Part shown: positions 26,645 to 34,576 of the stretch, one piece after another
Layout: each line of letters starts with the position of its first letter
Position numbering within the stretch: position 1 is the stretch's first letter
NCBI GenBank assembly: GCA_964635895.1
Contig: CAZWQN010000004.1
Coordinates: forward strand, 1 to 36,957
DNA length: 36,957 nucleotides
Direction: 5' to 3'
DNA from: an uncultured Thermotogae bacterium
Lineage (GTDB): Bacteria > Bipolaricaulota > Bipolaricaulia > UBA7950 > UBA9294
Notes under the pieces: model-generated
Told to the model about the DNA's origin: nothing
The model's database searches: none
The model's input: the letters and a program-made list of their open reading frames with translations, nothing else
Made by a program: the position numbers and the translations under genes

Positions 26645-27082
26645 CTACACCTCCGACGTGCAGTGAGGACACCGCGTGGCGGCGAGCGGGATCTGCGTCC
26701 GGCAGCGCGGGCACTCCTTCGTCGTCGGCGCCGCCGTCTCGGCCTTCTTCTGCATTCGGCTGAACACGCGGACAAGGAGGAACATGACCCACGCGACGAT
26801 CAGGAATGTGATCAAGGTGTTGATGAATGCGCCGTAGTAGATCGCCGCAGCGCCCGCCTCACGCGCGGCGGCCGCGGACTCATACGTTTCACCGGACAGG
26901 ACAACGTAGAGGTTCGCGAAGTCTACGTTCCCGATCAGCTTGCCGATGATGGGCATGATGAGATCATCGACGAACGACTTCACCATGGTCGCGAACGCCG
27001 CGCCCATGACGAAGGCGATGGCCAACTGAAGCAGGTTCCCCTTGGTGATGAACTCCCTGAACTCCTTTCGCACCTCGGTCAC
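26645..27082 (-). CDS. mscL: large-conductance mechanosensitive channel MscL with a C-terminal zinc-ribbon extension
   Basis: FREFITKGNLLQLAIAFVMGAAF..DLIMPIIG..INTLITFLIVAWVMFLLV matches the canonical MscL layout. The tail reads KECPRCRTQIPLAATRCPHCTSEV (CxxC-x10-CxxC). Confidence 0.85.
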   Translation of the reverse strand: MTEVRKEFREFITKGNLLQLAIAFVMGAAFATMVKSFVDDLIMPIIGKLIGNVDFANLYVVLSGETYESAAAAREAGAAAIYYGAFINTLITFLIVAWVMFLLVRVFSRMQKKAETAAPTTKECPRCRTQIPLAATRCPHCTSEV

Positions 27083-27533
27083 CTCCGTGTCTTGCTTCGC
27101 TCATCGTAGTCGGAACGAGCGGGCGGGAGAAGGCGCGCTGCCGGCCGCGAACGACTGGAGCCGACAGGCAGTCCGTGGCGCGCTCCCTTGCCTTTCCCAT
27201 GGCACAGGTCACAGGGGGACAGAGGGCTGTTGCGGGTTCGACGCTCTCCGGCGCCCTCCTCGGACCGTTCTCCCTGCGGACCTGACCACGACGATGAACT
27301 GGCCTGCGGGCTCGCTGGCGGCGTCGAACGCTCCGGCGAGGATCTCGGCGTGATCCGCGTCGTGTCGGCGTGGTCTGCCTCAGGGCGGGCTCAGTTGTCG
27401 ATGAGCGAGCCTCGTTTGTGGCGGGGGGGAGGGAAGAGACTGGGCCGGAGTCGGCGAGGCGCGGAGGCGGTGATGCGGGTGACAACGGGGTCGGAAGGTT
27501 GTCTGCATTACACGCAACCCGTGACCTTTCTCG

Positions 27534-27539
27534 TATAAT
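27534..27539 (+). promoter_or_regulatory. consensus -10 box TATAAT placed 6 nt before an ATG (leaderless-mRNA geometry)
   Basis: TATAAT at 27534-27539, ggggcc, then ATG at 27546. No SD is possible in that space. The -35 region is weak (CACGCA at 17-nt spacing). Confidence 0.4.
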
Positions 27540-27545
27540 GGGGCC

Positions 27546-27980
27546 ATGGCCACGTTGGATGAAGTGGCGCGCTTCCTCGGGCTCTCGAAGCGCGCTGTGC
27601 GGTTGAGGGTCGACGCTCTCGGCGAAACCCTCCAGAGGTATCTCACTCGAGGAGAGCGAAACCGGCTGATCTTCCGTGGGGAAGCCGTGGCCATCCTGCG
27701 CCGTCTCGAGGAGTTGCGTCGAGAAGAGGGGCTTCCGATCCGCCAGGCGGCCGATCGGCTGCGGGGCGAGTTGGGCGACGACGAGACCACGTCCGGGATC
27801 TGTATCGTCCTTCGCCCCGAGGTGGAGTTCGCTCTCGCTCACGAGCTGCTGCAGGAGGCGACTCGCGAGCGCGACCAGTGGCGGGAGTACGCAACAGCCC
27901 TCCAGTCGGTTCTTCCTCCCGAGCTCAAGTGGCTGAACTCCGTCTCGCCGGCGACGTCCGGCGACCGGCGGATGAACTAG
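27546..27980 (+). CDS. HTH DNA-binding protein (MerR/excisionase-like), hypothetical
   Basis: MATLDEVARFLGLSKRAVRLRVDALG is an HTH-like N-terminus, followed by a coiled-coil-like remainder. 144-aa ORF. Confidence 0.55.
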   Translation: MATLDEVARFLGLSKRAVRLRVDALGETLQRYLTRGERNRLIFRGEAVAILRRLEELRREEGLPIRQAADRLRGELGDDETTSGICIVLRPEVEFALAHELLQEATRERDQWREYATALQSVLPPELKWLNSVSPATSGDRRMN

Positions 27981-28008
27981 CCATCCCCGGGCTTGATCCG
28001 GCGCGCCC

Positions 28009-31000
28009 CTACTCGCCCTCCGGATCGGGGAGGTCTTCCCGAGATAGGAACCGAGGGAGAATCCGTCCCTGCGCCCCGAGTGGCAGGCGGTCCCCGGGCT
28101 TCGCATCCGCCCACGTTCCCTCCGCCCCCGCGCCTCTTGGCAGGTTCACCAGAGCAATCGGCGTTCCTGGAGGAAGCGTCCCCGGGTCGCTCTCCGCGAG
28201 GGCCATTCCGACCTGAAGCCCTCCCAGACTCACGCAGCTCGTCACTCGGCCGAGAACTGCTCCGTTCCTGTCGAGCACGAGTGCCCCGTCGCGCACGGGG
28301 CGGGCTCCCTCGTCGACCTGGAAACGGACGATCGATCGCTTCGCTCCGTCCGTGTAGAGCCGCCGGCACGTCGAGCGGCCGACGAAGAACGCCTTGTGGA
28401 GCTTGATGTACGACCCGAAGCCGGCCTCGTACGGGTTCACTCCATGGGGCCCTGCCAGTTCGTGTCCGTACAGCGGGAGTCCGGCCTCTGTTCGGGTCGA
28501 GTCTCGTGACGCCAACCCGCACGGCAGGAGGCCGAGCGGCCGACCGGCGTCAAGCAGGCGGCTCCACAGCCATGCGGCGTCGGGAGCGGCGGAGTAGATC
28601 TCGTAGCCCGTGGGCTCCCCCGTGTAGCCCGTTCGGGCCACCAGGAGCTGGTGCCCCTCCGCGACAACCTCGGCGAACTGTGTCCGGTCGAGCGACGCGA
28701 TCGCTCGGCGCTCCTGCGGTGCCAGGACGAGGTTGAGGATTTGGTGGCTCCTCGGTCCCTGAAGGGCCACGTCGACGACGCCGCGCTCCTTCTTGAGGTC
28801 GCGGATCGTGACCTGCGGGCCGGGGCGGCAAGACGGGTGGTCGCGGTCGATGAGGTAGGTCCCTGCATTGACGCCGCACAGCCAGTCCCAGTCCTTCTGC
28901 TCGTTGGCGGCGTTCACCACGACGAGGAATCGGTTTCTTGCCCGGCGGTACACCATGATGTCGTCGATCACCCCTCCGTCGGGGTCGAACAGGTAGGCGT
29001 ACTGCGATTGCCCGATCTCGAGCCATCCCGCGTAGTTCGACGAGACCGCATTGAGGAAGTCCACGGCGTGCTCGCCCTCCACTTGGAACACGCCCATGTG
29101 CCCGAGATCGAACAGGCCGGCGGCCTTGCGCACGGCCGCGTGTTCTTCAAGCGCCGACGTGTACCAGACGGGCATTTCCCAGCCGGCGAACGCCACGAGC
29201 CTCGCCCCGAGGGCCGCGTGGGCGTCATAGAGAGGCGTCCTTCGCAGGGGTTCTTGGGCCGGCGCCCACCGGAACTCCGCTGGGGGTGCGGCGGGAACCG
29301 GCGCCGGGAGGCGATCCCTGCCGACGAAGTACGGTTTCTCCGGCGCAAAGCGATCCGGATGCCTGGAGAAGATCTCGCGGATGTCCTTGCCCGCGGCATC
29401 TTCGCCCGGCGCGGCCGGCTTCCATGCCCGGGCCGCCGGGGGCAAAGCGCTCGTTGCCGCCTCCTCGATGACGGCGGGTCCCTGAACCTTCCGCAGGACG
29501 TCCACCGGGTCGAAGAGCGCGTAGCCGTCGGCCAGCCCGGTCAGCCATTCCCTGACGGCGCGTGCGTTCTCTGCCGGCGCGTAGAGGAGGTAGTCGTCGC
29601 GGCCGAGCGACCCGGCGATCACGTTCGACACGGCTTGTCCGTTCTCGTCGAACAAGTACGCATGGGCCGCCGCTCCGGAGGGGAGGGCGAACAGGTCGAC
29701 CGTCAGGCTCTCTTGCAGGAGGGCGCCGGCGCGGCCGCCGCGGATCCGAATCGCACACCATGTTCCGTCGTTCGTCGCCGGGCGAGCGTCTCTCGGCGCA
29801 CCTCCCACCCGAGGGTCGACCCGGCCGATGAGTTCTCTCACGTCGCGTTTCGCCGCCTCGAGCACGGGCAGCGGGACCTTCCCCCGCGAGGACTCGCCGC
29901 GCAGCCCGCAGTACGAGAAAGGGCGGATGGCCTTTAGAACATCGGCGATGATCTTGGCTAGGGCTCGCATGTCCCCCTCGCCCATTCCGCGTTGCGTCAC
30001 CCATGGCGTTCCGAGGCGGATCCCGTGGGCATCCGCCGCGCTGCGATCGCCGGGGAGGGTGTTCTTGTTGCAGACGATCCCGGCGAGGTCCAGGATGCGC
30101 GCCGCGATCTCCCCCATCATCACGAACCCGGTGCCGCTCGGGAGCGGCTTCAGGTCAACGAGGAGAAGGTGGGTGTCGGTTCCTCCGTAGGCGAGAGTGA
30201 GTCCGTGGGCCTCGAGCGCCTTGGCCAGAGCCTTCGCGTTCTCGACGATGCGGCGCTGCAGCGCCGCGAACTCCGGCTGCTGGGCCAGTTTGAGAGCCAC
30301 GGCCAGAGCGGCGAACTTGTTCACGTGGGGTCCGCCCTGCTGGCCGGGGAAGATCGACGAGTCGAGCTTCGCGGCGATGGCCGGGTCGGTGGACAGGAGC
30401 ACCGCGCCCCGTCCACCACACAGGGTCTTATGGGTCGTGAACGACACCACGTGGGCGTGGTCGATCGGGTTCGGGTAGACCCCTCCGACGATCAGGCCGG
30501 CCGTGTGGGCGACATCGGCGAGCAGAATGGCCCCGACCGCGTCGGCGATTTCGCGGAACTTCCTCCAATCAGCCTGCCACGGGTACGACGTGAATCCGCC
30601 GATGATCATCCGCGGTCGATGCTCCTCGGCGAGACGACGGATCTGGTCGTAGTCCAGCTTTCCTGTCGCCGGATCCACCGCGTACGAGACGATCCGGTAG
30701 CGGCGGCCCGTGACGTTGAACTCGGATCCGTGGGTGAGGTGGCCGCCCTCGGTGAGGGCCATGCCCATCACCGTTTCTCCCGGCGCGACGAACGCCTCGT
30801 ACACGGCCAGATTTGCGGCGGCGCCGGAGAGCGCCTGGACGTTCACGTAGATCCTTTCAGCGGGAACGTCGGGAGTCGCGAAGCACTCCGCGGCGCGTCG
30901 GGCGGCGAGCGACTCGACAAGGTCCGCGATCTCCACGCCTTTGTAGAAGCGGCGGTCGGCGTAGCGTCGATAGTTCGCGAGTTGCAGGTCGATGTCCGCG

Positions 31001-31221
31001 AGCTGCTCGACGGTTCCTCTCATCATCGCCTTGCGGGGATACCCCTCGGCGTACACGCTCGTGAACGCCGAGCCGAGGGCCTCTCGAACCGAGGCGGGCG
31101 TCAAGGACTCGGACGGGATCAAGATGATCTTCTCCCGTTGGCGACGCTCCTCGGCGGCGATGAGCGCCGCCGTCTGAGCGTCCACGTCAAGCACGCGCTG
31201 GTTGAGTTGAGATGGGCTCAT
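28009..31221 (-). CDS. fusion protein: serine hydroxymethyltransferase (N-terminal ~440 aa), a partial GcvT-like module, and a full aminomethyltransferase (glycine-cleavage T protein, C-terminal ~410 aa)
   Basis: SHMT blocks: LIPSESL, VYAEGYP, NVQALSGAAAN, GGHLTHGS and VVSFTTHKTLCGGRGA, with the PLP Lys codon at 30427-30429. GcvT blocks: RTPLYDAHAALGARLVAFAGWEMPVWY, GLFDLGHMGVFQVEG, YAYLFDPDGGVIDDIMVY, LVARTGYTGEPGYEI-like, ASRDSTRTEAGLPLYGHEL. It is one uninterrupted 1070-codon frame. AGGAG lies five nt before the ATG at 31221. Confidence 0.85.
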   Translation of the reverse strand: MSPSQLNQRVLDVDAQTAALIAAEERRQREKIILIPSESLTPASVREALGSAFTSVYAEGYPRKAMMRGTVEQLADIDLQLANYRRYADRRFYKGVEIADLVESLAARRAAECFATPDVPAERIYVNVQALSGAAANLAVYEAFVAPGETVMGMALTEGGHLTHGSEFNVTGRRYRIVSYAVDPATGKLDYDQIRRLAEEHRPRMIIGGFTSYPWQADWRKFREIADAVGAILLADVAHTAGLIVGGVYPNPIDHAHVVSFTTHKTLCGGRGAVLLSTDPAIAAKLDSSIFPGQQGGPHVNKFAALAVALKLAQQPEFAALQRRIVENAKALAKALEAHGLTLAYGGTDTHLLLVDLKPLPSGTGFVMMGEIAARILDLAGIVCNKNTLPGDRSAADAHGIRLGTPWVTQRGMGEGDMRALAKIIADVLKAIRPFSYCGLRGESSRGKVPLPVLEAAKRDVRELIGRVDPRVGGAPRDARPATNDGTWCAIRIRGGRAGALLQESLTVDLFALPSGAAAHAYLFDENGQAVSNVIAGSLGRDDYLLYAPAENARAVREWLTGLADGYALFDPVDVLRKVQGPAVIEEAATSALPPAARAWKPAAPGEDAAGKDIREIFSRHPDRFAPEKPYFVGRDRLPAPVPAAPPAEFRWAPAQEPLRRTPLYDAHAALGARLVAFAGWEMPVWYTSALEEHAAVRKAAGLFDLGHMGVFQVEGEHAVDFLNAVSSNYAGWLEIGQSQYAYLFDPDGGVIDDIMVYRRARNRFLVVVNAANEQKDWDWLCGVNAGTYLIDRDHPSCRPGPQVTIRDLKKERGVVDVALQGPRSHQILNLVLAPQERRAIASLDRTQFAEVVAEGHQLLVARTGYTGEPTGYEIYSAAPDAAWLWSRLLDAGRPLGLLPCGLASRDSTRTEAGLPLYGHELAGPHGVNPYEAGFGSYIKLHKAFFVGRSTCRRLYTDGAKRSIVRFQVDEGARPVRDGALVLDRNGAVLGRVTSCVSLGGLQVGMALAESDPGTLPPGTPIALVNLPRGAGAEGTWADAKPGDRLPLGAQGRILPRFLSREDLPDPEGE

Positions 31222-32357
31222 GGTCGCTCCTTTTCACCGCCGAACGGATCCGGGTGAAGTCTACGGACTACGTTTCGCGCTTTCCAGCAGGCTTCTGCCG
31301 CGAGGTAGAGCCCTCCGCTGACGAGGCTGTGCCCGCCGAGGACGACGGGGACGCGGCACTGGATCGCCGCCTCGGTGAAGCTCCGCCAGACGGGGTCGTC
31401 GACTTCATCGAGCAGGAAGAGGTCGCTCGCGAAGCGCTCCTTCGGCGGAGGCAGGACGCCGCCGAAGGAAAGGAGCGGTCGCGTGTCGATCCATGCGGCG
31501 TCGGCGGCCTCCTCGAGGCGGTGGAAGAACCGCTCCGCTCCGTCCTCGAGGAGTGTCCGCCGCACCCAAGGTATGTGGCGGGACGCCGACGCGCGCATCC
31601 CGCGGCCCTCCACGAGGGCACTCGTCCGACAGGCGACTTCTTGCTCGAAGTGGCTCCACGTCGTCGGGTTCACGCGTCCGACAAGCATCGTCGACGCCGA
31701 GCGGTCGGCGAGCACGGCCAGCGCCCGGTCTATGGACGGATGACTCCATGGGCGGCCCTCGAGGAAGCGGCGAAGCCCTGCGTGTCCGCGGTCGGTGCGC
31801 GCGAGCAGGTGAACGTCGGACGGCGTATCGATGTCGAACTGCGTCGACGCCGAGCGGGGCATCGACAGGCAGCGAATCCCGGCGTCGGAAAGGGCGAACC
31901 CGAGCGGATTATCTGCGGCGGGGAGGTTCAGTTTGACCAGGCGCTTCGCATCGGTGAAGGCGGCGAAGTCGCAGGAGTAGAAGTTGTTGAAGACGGCCGA
32001 CCCTGAGCTGGCCTGAGCAAACACGATCAGACTGCGGATCTCCTCGTCCGAAAGGAGGCCGCCGCTTCCGCTGCCGAAGTACAGGAGGCCCTCGACATCG
32101 AGGTCGAGGATCAAGCGCTGAAGCGCGCGCCCAAAGTGAAAGGACGCCTCCTCGGCGTCCGGCGAGGTGCGCACTTTCGCGTCAAAGGCCCCTTCTTGAA
32201 CCACCTCCGCGGTCGTCACGACGATCGGATCGAGGCCGCACGCGTTCAGGCGGGAGCATAGATCTCGGGTCGACGCCCGCCGGGCTTCCTCTACGATGCG
32301 TTCGCCGGGACTCACGCCGACCGGAGCGTGGAACACAAGAGCCGTGACGCGTCTCAT
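31218..32357 (-). CDS. hypothetical protein; the N-terminal half weakly resembles a MobA/CofC/DUF2064-type (GT-A-like) nucleotidyltransferase fold
   Basis: ATG 32357 has GGAGGT three nt upstream and overlaps the helicase TGA (ATGA). Its own TGA overlaps the fusion ATG (ATGA at 31218-31221). Motifs LLYFGSGSGGLLSDEEI and FDIDTPSDV recall NTP-transferase-fold proteins. The C-terminal ~170 aa are unassigned. Confidence 0.65.
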   Translation of the reverse strand: MRRVTALVFHAPVGVSPGERIVEEARRASTRDLCSRLNACGLDPIVVTTAEVVQEGAFDAKVRTSPDAEEASFHFGRALQRLILDLDVEGLLYFGSGSGGLLSDEEIRSLIVFAQASSGSAVFNNFYSCDFAAFTDAKRLVKLNLPAADNPLGFALSDAGIRCLSMPRSASTQFDIDTPSDVHLLARTDRGHAGLRRFLEGRPWSHPSIDRALAVLADRSASTMLVGRVNPTTWSHFEQEVACRTSALVEGRGMRASASRHIPWVRRTLLEDGAERFFHRLEEAADAAWIDTRPLLSFGGVLPPPKERFASDLFLLDEVDDPVWRSFTEAAIQCRVPVVLGGHSLVSGGLYLAAEACWKARNVVRRLHPDPFGGEKERP

Positions 32358-34576
32358 CGGACCTCCCCTCGGTTCGCATCGGCCAACAGGGCAAGGATGC
32401 GCATCGCCCCCGACTTCGACAACGGCTGGTTCTGGCTCCCACAGCGGGGGGAGAGCAGGCACGCCGGGCACCCTGCCTCGCACGGACACCGCGAGACCAT
32501 ATCGTGCGCGGCCGCCGCGAGGCGAGACCATTCCTCGAACAGCACCTCCGCCAAGCCGGCGCCGTCTTCGATGGCGTCGAAGAGAAGGACCGTCGGCGCC
32601 CCGATCTGGGGATGGAGAGGCATGGATGCGCCGGCGATATCGGCGGCGTCGCACAAGACGAGAAGCGGAGCCATCGAGATCAGCGCGTGTTCGGCTCCGT
32701 GCAGGGCTCCCAGGAGATCGACTGCGGCGGTTTCCGGCGGGAGGTCCCGAAACGCTGCCCACAGCCCGTCGCTCTCGTAGGTGTGTGGCGGAAGCGCGAG
32801 CGGATGGAGCGACACGCTACGATCGTTGTGGACTGACGTGTAACCGACGAACGACTCGGTCACGCGAACCCGGCCGTACGCGACCTGCGCTGTTCCCGAG
32901 AGGACCGCTGGCTCCGCGCTGACGATCTCGACCGTGCTGGCTCGGAGCCCCTGCGTCGAGTAGTCGACATCCTCGCGGGCTGCAGTCGCCACTCCCTCTT
33001 CCAGGTCGAGCGCATGGACGACGTACGTCTCTCCGCGGTGGAGGAGAACGGCGCCCGGATAGGCGTCGCGGCGCGCACGAACCGGATCCATCGTCTCGAT
33101 CGTTCGTCCGTCACACACCAGCCGCACGGTCTCGCCGGCCATCTCTTCGAGGGGGAACGCTTCGTGAGCGCGGCGCAGCCCGCGGTAGATGTATCCGGAC
33201 GGTGTGCCGGCCAGAAGTCGGCCGTCGCGCAGCGTCTCCACCGCCTCCCTGTCCGACTCGTCGATCTCATTCTCCCCAAGGGGAAGCTCGGCCGCGGCAC
33301 AGGCAAGGTGCCCCGCGCGTTGACGGAGCGTTCGGCGCGGCAGCACCAGCCGCTCGCCGGTGTGGGCGAGGAAGCGCTCCGGATCGCGCAGGAAGTACCG
33401 ATCGAGGGGGTCTTCGTACGGGATGTACACGATTAACGAGGGTCGGGAGCCCCGCCCCGCGCGGCCCGCCTGCTGCCATGCGGAGAGAAGGCTTCCTGGA
33501 AACCCGACAAGAATCGCCGCGTCGAGTCCGCCGATGTCGATGCCCGACTCGAGAGCCGACGTCGAAACGACGCCACGCAAGCGACCCTCGCGGAGGTCGG
33601 CCTCAAGCGCTCTTCGAGCTTCCGGGAGGTAGCCGGCACGGTAGGCCTGAATCGTCTCCGTCGCGGACATCTTCCGCGCCAGGCTCGCCACTCGCTCTGC
33701 CATGACGCGCGATCGTGCGAAGCAGATTGTCTGCGCCCCCTGTTCCGTGAGGAACGAGAGCAGCGTCGCCGCTTGACGAGTCGTCGACGAGGTCGGATCA
33801 GCCAGCGGATCCCAGAACACGACGCTCCGCGGTCCCCGCGCGGACGCATCGTGGTCGACCGGGATCGCGTCCCGTCCCGTGAGGGAACGGGCGAACTCGC
33901 CGGGGTTTGCGATCGAGGCCGACGAGACGATGAACCGCGGGTGGGCGCCGTAATGCTCGAGGATGCGCGACAAGCGGGACAGAAGCTGCGCGACGTTCCC
34001 GCCCATCACGCCTCGGTAGTGGTGAGCTTCGTCGAGTACAACAAGCTTGAGGTTGGCGAAGATGCGGGCCCATTGGCTGTGCCAGGGAAGGTACTGGTGA
34101 AGCGCGTGGGGGTTTGTCAGGATGACGCGGGCGGAGCGCCGGATCCAGGCCTTCTTCTGCGGCGGCGTGTCGCCGTCGTACGTGCTAGGCCGAAGGTCCG
34201 TGCCGCACGCCTCATCGAGGGCGCGGAGCTTTTCCAGCTGGTCGTTGGCCAGTGCCTTGAGTGGGTAGAGGTAGAGGGCCGTCGCACTCGGATCCTCGCT
34301 CAGCCATTCGAGGGTGGGAACTTGGAAGGCGAGGGTCTTTCCCGATGCCGTGGCGGTCGTAAGGACGACGTCACGCCCCGCGCGCAACGCTTCGATCGCT
34401 TCGACCTGATGCCGATAGAGGCGCACTCCGCGCTCGTGGAGCGTTGCCGCCAGCTCCGGGCGCAGCGTGACGTCTCGATACGCCGGCGCGTGAGCCGGGA
34501 GGGAGGCTGCATGGACGACCTGACCCCGGTAGCGGGGATCTTGATCCAACGCGGTCAGAAACGCATCAAGTCGCAT
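32354..34576 (-). CDS. DEAH-box helicase with a C-terminal DUF1998-type four-Cys module (MrfA/YprA-like)
   Basis: LTTATASGKT (Walker A), VVLDEAHHYRG (DEAH), SSASIANP, a helicase C-domain (..GIDIGGLDAAILVGFPGS..QQAGRAGR), and the C-terminal SRCPCEAGCPACLLSPRCG. ATG 34576 has GAGGGGG upstream. The track ORF start at 34867 is an upstream extension. Confidence 0.85.
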   Translation of the reverse strand: MRLDAFLTALDQDPRYRGQVVHAASLPAHAPAYRDVTLRPELAATLHERGVRLYRHQVEAIEALRAGRDVVLTTATASGKTLAFQVPTLEWLSEDPSATALYLYPLKALANDQLEKLRALDEACGTDLRPSTYDGDTPPQKKAWIRRSARVILTNPHALHQYLPWHSQWARIFANLKLVVLDEAHHYRGVMGGNVAQLLSRLSRILEHYGAHPRFIVSSASIANPGEFARSLTGRDAIPVDHDASARGPRSVVFWDPLADPTSSTTRQAATLLSFLTEQGAQTICFARSRVMAERVASLARKMSATETIQAYRAGYLPEARRALEADLREGRLRGVVSTSALESGIDIGGLDAAILVGFPGSLLSAWQQAGRAGRGSRPSLIVYIPYEDPLDRYFLRDPERFLAHTGERLVLPRRTLRQRAGHLACAAAELPLGENEIDESDREAVETLRDGRLLAGTPSGYIYRGLRRAHEAFPLEEMAGETVRLVCDGRTIETMDPVRARRDAYPGAVLLHRGETYVVHALDLEEGVATAAREDVDYSTQGLRASTVEIVSAEPAVLSGTAQVAYGRVRVTESFVGYTSVHNDRSVSLHPLALPPHTYESDGLWAAFRDLPPETAAVDLLGALHGAEHALISMAPLLVLCDAADIAGASMPLHPQIGAPTVLLFDAIEDGAGLAEVLFEEWSRLAAAAHDMVSRCPCEAGCPACLLSPRCGSQNQPLSKSGAMRILALLADANRGEVR

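Noticed and set aside
27209-27379. Minus-strand open frame reading ..DADHAEILAGAFDAASEPAGQFIVVVRS.. in the mscL/HTH gap
   Set aside because: It looks protein-like, but it has no start codon or RBS and is bounded upstream by a TGA. At best it is a gene remnant, and I could not assign a family.
24610-31257. Several 390-480-aa plus-strand ORFs (24610..25800, 25661..27109, 28651..29937, 29992..31257)
   Set aside because: Each is antisense to a minus-strand gene with unambiguous family motifs (M29, PPP phosphoesterase/MscL, SHMT-GcvT). All are Arg-rich.
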